Source: Candidatus Latescibacterota bacterium
Lineage (GTDB): Bacteria > Latescibacterota > UBA2968
Direction: 5' to 3'
Assembly: GCA_965198115.1 (NCBI GenBank)
Contig: OZ240241.1
Coordinates: 3,712,001 to 3,776,000, forward strand
DNA length: 64,000 bases
A program made the translations under genes and the position numbers. Shown in pieces: positions 61,268 to 64,000 of the stretch. Under the pieces are notes generated by a model. That model saw nothing but the letters and a program-made list of their open reading frames with translations, was not told where the DNA came from and searched no databases. Within the stretch, counting starts at the first letter, position 1. Each line of letters begins with the position of its first letter.

Positions 61268-61603
61268 GTGCCAGAACGACGGAATCCATATCGAGCTGCG
61301 TCGTGGAGCCGACGGGTGGCAGTCGTGCAAGGAGACGAGCGTGAACGCACCCGACACGGAGGCCAATTGACCGTTGGCGAGCTGATCGATTTTCATCTCG
61401 CGATCCAGCAACCCGGTGCCCTCATCGGCTTCGACCAACTCTATGCCGATCGTATCGAGGCCCTGAAGCAGGCCATCCAGGAACACTACGGGTCGGAGGA
61501 AGCGTGGTTGTCGCTACCCGAAAGCTCGGAACTGCCCGATTCGGTCGAACAACACACACGGGAACTCGTCAAGCTGTATGAGGATTGGAAGAAAGAGAGC
61601 TGA
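61268..61603 (+). CDS. Hypothetical protein (start uncertain)
   Basis: Host-like codon usage; converges on the next gene with a 3-bp gap. Confidence 0.6.
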   Translation: MPERRNPYRAASWSRRVAVVQGDERERTRHGGQLTVGELIDFHLAIQQPGALIGFDQLYADRIEALKQAIQEHYGSEEAWLSLPESSELPDSVEQHTRELVKLYEDWKKES

Positions 61604-61606
61604 GGC

Positions 61607-61975
61607 CTACAGATAGCCGTCGATACGGCCGTTCCGCCAGAGAGGGGCACGGTGAAGATCGCTGCCGATCGCGACATCGATGAACACCTTGCGGGGCGCA
61701 CCGTTGATTTCTCGGTATTCGTAGCCGACCACGCCGTGCTTGAGCAACTCGACAATCGTTTTGAATGCTTCGGCCAGTTTCTCTTTGGAGAGGTCGGTCA
61801 GATCCAGACCGCTACGGCCGAGGTCGAGAAACTGATCGACCAAATCCAACGCGTCGGACCGATCGAAAACCGACGCCATCGATGCAGGACCGCGTGCACC
61901 ACCCGGCGTCTGGTCAGCGAATTCGAGCAGCCTGGCTTCCACCGAGCTGGCGAACCCGTCATCGCCGATTCTCAC
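61607..61975 (-). CDS. Hypothetical protein
   Basis: Host-like codon usage; GTGA overlap with the apparent 3' stub (KEEIWVQS*) of a gene cut by IS630. Confidence 0.65.
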   Translation of the reverse strand: MRIGDDGFASSVEARLLEFADQTPGGARGPASMASVFDRSDALDLVDQFLDLGRSGLDLTDLSKEKLAEAFKTIVELLKHGVVGYEYREINGAPRKVFIDVAIGSDLHRAPLWRNGRIDGYL

Positions 61976-61999
61976 GACTGCACCCAGATCTCTTCCTTA

Positions 62000-62645
62000 G
62001 TGCATGGTTTCATAAACATTATTACGTATGTCCTGAACATTATTTGTAGCTTATGTTCTCCTTCAAAAGGAGGAGAACAATGCCAAGACGTTCGCCTTAT
62101 GTGGTGCTACTGTCTGAGAAGGAACGGGTCGACCTCGAGCGAATGGCTGGACAATATACGTTATCGTATTATCAAGTGATCCGATCGAAAATCGTGCTTC
62201 TCGCCGCCGAGGGATTATCCAACAAGATTATCGCCCAACGGTTGGATGTTCCGCGTCCGATCGTAAGCAAATGGCGTAAGCGCTTTTTCGAAGAGCGTCT
62301 TTCGGGACTCGAAGATAGATCTCGTCCCGGGCGCCCGCCCGGTTTTCCCCCCTCAGGTGGTCGTTCAGATCAAGGCGCTGGCGTGTGAACTACCGAGCGA
62401 GAGCGGGATACCGCTCTCGCGGTTCAGCTGTTCCGAGATTGCCGCCGAGGCAGTGCAAAGGGGCTTCGTTGCCAAGATCAGCGGCGCCACTGTCTGGCGC
62501 TGGTTGAACGAGGACGCGATTCGTCCTTGGTATCATCGCTCCTGGATTTTCCCACGGGACCCGGACTTCCAAACCAAAGCAGGTAGAGTCCTTGATCTGT
62601 ATCACCGCCAATGGCAAGGAAAGCCTTTAGGGCCGAGGGAATATG
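62000..62645 (+). mobile_element. IS630-family IS, 5' part (orfA 62080-62388, orfB from ~62357), interrupted by IS1380
   Basis: TA at 61998-61999; HTH with WRKRF...GLEDRSRPGRP; orfB SWIFPRDPDF. Confidence 0.85.
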
Positions 62646-64000
62646 CCTGAATCATGCATGAATTTGAGTTTAGGTTGTTTTGGAGTGATGTGATCACGCA
62701 CAGGATTTGTTCTCGGCTTCTTCGGATGTCCAAGGTCCCGTAAGCGGTCTCTACGAGTCGCAAGAGTCACGATTTTCGTCCGGAACAGGTGTTGTTTTGC
62801 GACGTGTACATAGCTGTCCCCGGTATAGATCGGCGTTGTTACTGCGTGTTCGTTTCGAGCCTGGTGATGATTGACACCAAGACGTTTTTGAGTGGATACG
62901 ATGTTGGAAAATGGAATCGGATTCTTCGTGCGCTTTCAATGACTCTCGCGCCGATTTTGAGGAAACGGTTCTGTATCGTGTTGACCTGAGGTTTGGTCCA
63001 CGCGGTGCCCTTGAGTCCCTGTGATCGGAGTGCGTGAAGCAAGGCGTATGCAGCACTGTGTAGAAAGAGTCGGAACTGGTTGGCTTCAAACTTGTGGCAC
63101 GATGTTCGATCGGATACGATCATAGATAAAGCCGTCTCGATTACTCTGTAAATTGGTCACGCGGTATCTTGGATTTGCTTCGCCGTTTGTGACTTCAGCC
63201 TTGTGAATGATCCGGCGAGGCTGCCGGTAGGTGCCAGCCTGATATGAGAAGGATGAGAACAAGCGAATCGTCTCCTTATGCTCGCTCAGACGTAGCGCTT
63301 GGTCCATCAGGTTTTGTCCAGCCGCTTTGAGCTTGGAGTTGGCGCCCTGGCCCAGAACGTAGTAGATACCGTTGTCTTCGCAGAAATCGTGCATCTCTGG
63401 TGAGCTGAACTTTGAGTCTGCGCGAACGATGATCTCCACGTTTGGCCAAGATCCGCGTAGGTGTTCCACCAAGCGCTTGAGAATAGAAACGACCTGTTTA
63501 CCGTTCGTCGGATGCCCGGGTCTCAAGATCGTCGTAATGAGCTTGCCGCTTTGGCCTTCATAGATATGTAGCGGCATATAGCAGTGTTCATTGTAATACG
63601 CGTTGAAGAGTGAAAATTGTTGCGCACCGTGCGTTGGGTCATCCGTGTCGTCGATATCGAGAATGATGCTTGGGGGTGCCTGGTCATACGATGCGATGAA
63701 CCCGTCTACAAAAGCCCGTGCGAGCCGATACAAATCCGAGCGTCGCACATCATTCTCAAGTCGTGTCATCGTTGATTGGCTCCCGAGATCAGGACCGGAA
63801 AGAGGAAGCCGATCGCAGGCAGCCTTGACGCCCGGATCGTGGCGCAAATCATCACAATCGACGGCATCTTCATAGCCGCAAGCGATCTGAAAAACACGCT
63901 GCTTCACAAGATCCAAAAGCGTGTGATCGATATAGCTTGGGTGACGACGATCTCGCAAAGCATCTACCATTCTGGCGATCAATCCCATCTGAGACTCAAG
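62646..64000 (-). mobile_element. IS1380-family IS copy 2; 59-bp deletion frameshifts the transposase; cut by window edge
   Basis: Reverse complement of ~9555-10869; IR CCTGAATCATGCATGAAT at 62646. Confidence 0.93.

Noticed and set aside
1-64000. CRISPR array or cas genes
   Set aside because: No regularly spaced 25-45 bp direct repeats and no cas-like ORFs seen.

Overview
GC-rich bacterial chromosome segment. The many phytanoyl-CoA dioxygenase, Gfo/Idh/MocA and Ldh-family genes resemble uncultured heterotrophs such as Latescibacterota (weak inference). About 1-11.4 kb is a decaying accessory island next to the 3' end of tRNA-Cys(GCA). It holds a tandem ISL3 pair, two IS256 copies (one splits a PhyH gene with an 8-bp TSD), a truncated IS1380, two attC-like sites with cassette-like genes, and several gene stumps. 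About 11.5-62 kb is mostly metabolic and housekeeping: pyrH-like, purD, purE, dinB, lysine riboswitch-dapA-dapB, Fpg/Nei, an M16 peptidase pair and ispH, plus one full-length ISL3. The window ends in an IS630 interrupted by IS1380. The best candidates for undescribed biology are: (1) a GxxExxY nuclease gene enclosed by inverted octamer tandem repeats; (2) a translationally coupled MoxR AAA+ / GXGXG beta-helix / VWA trio; (3) a 1350-1550 aa M20/M28 peptidase-helical repeat fusion; (4) a class III cyclase with non-canonical Q/C specificity residues. Several 1-2 bp frameshifts, mostly in homopolymer or dinucleotide runs, may be sequencing errors. All family calls come from motif recognition by eye; no searches were run.
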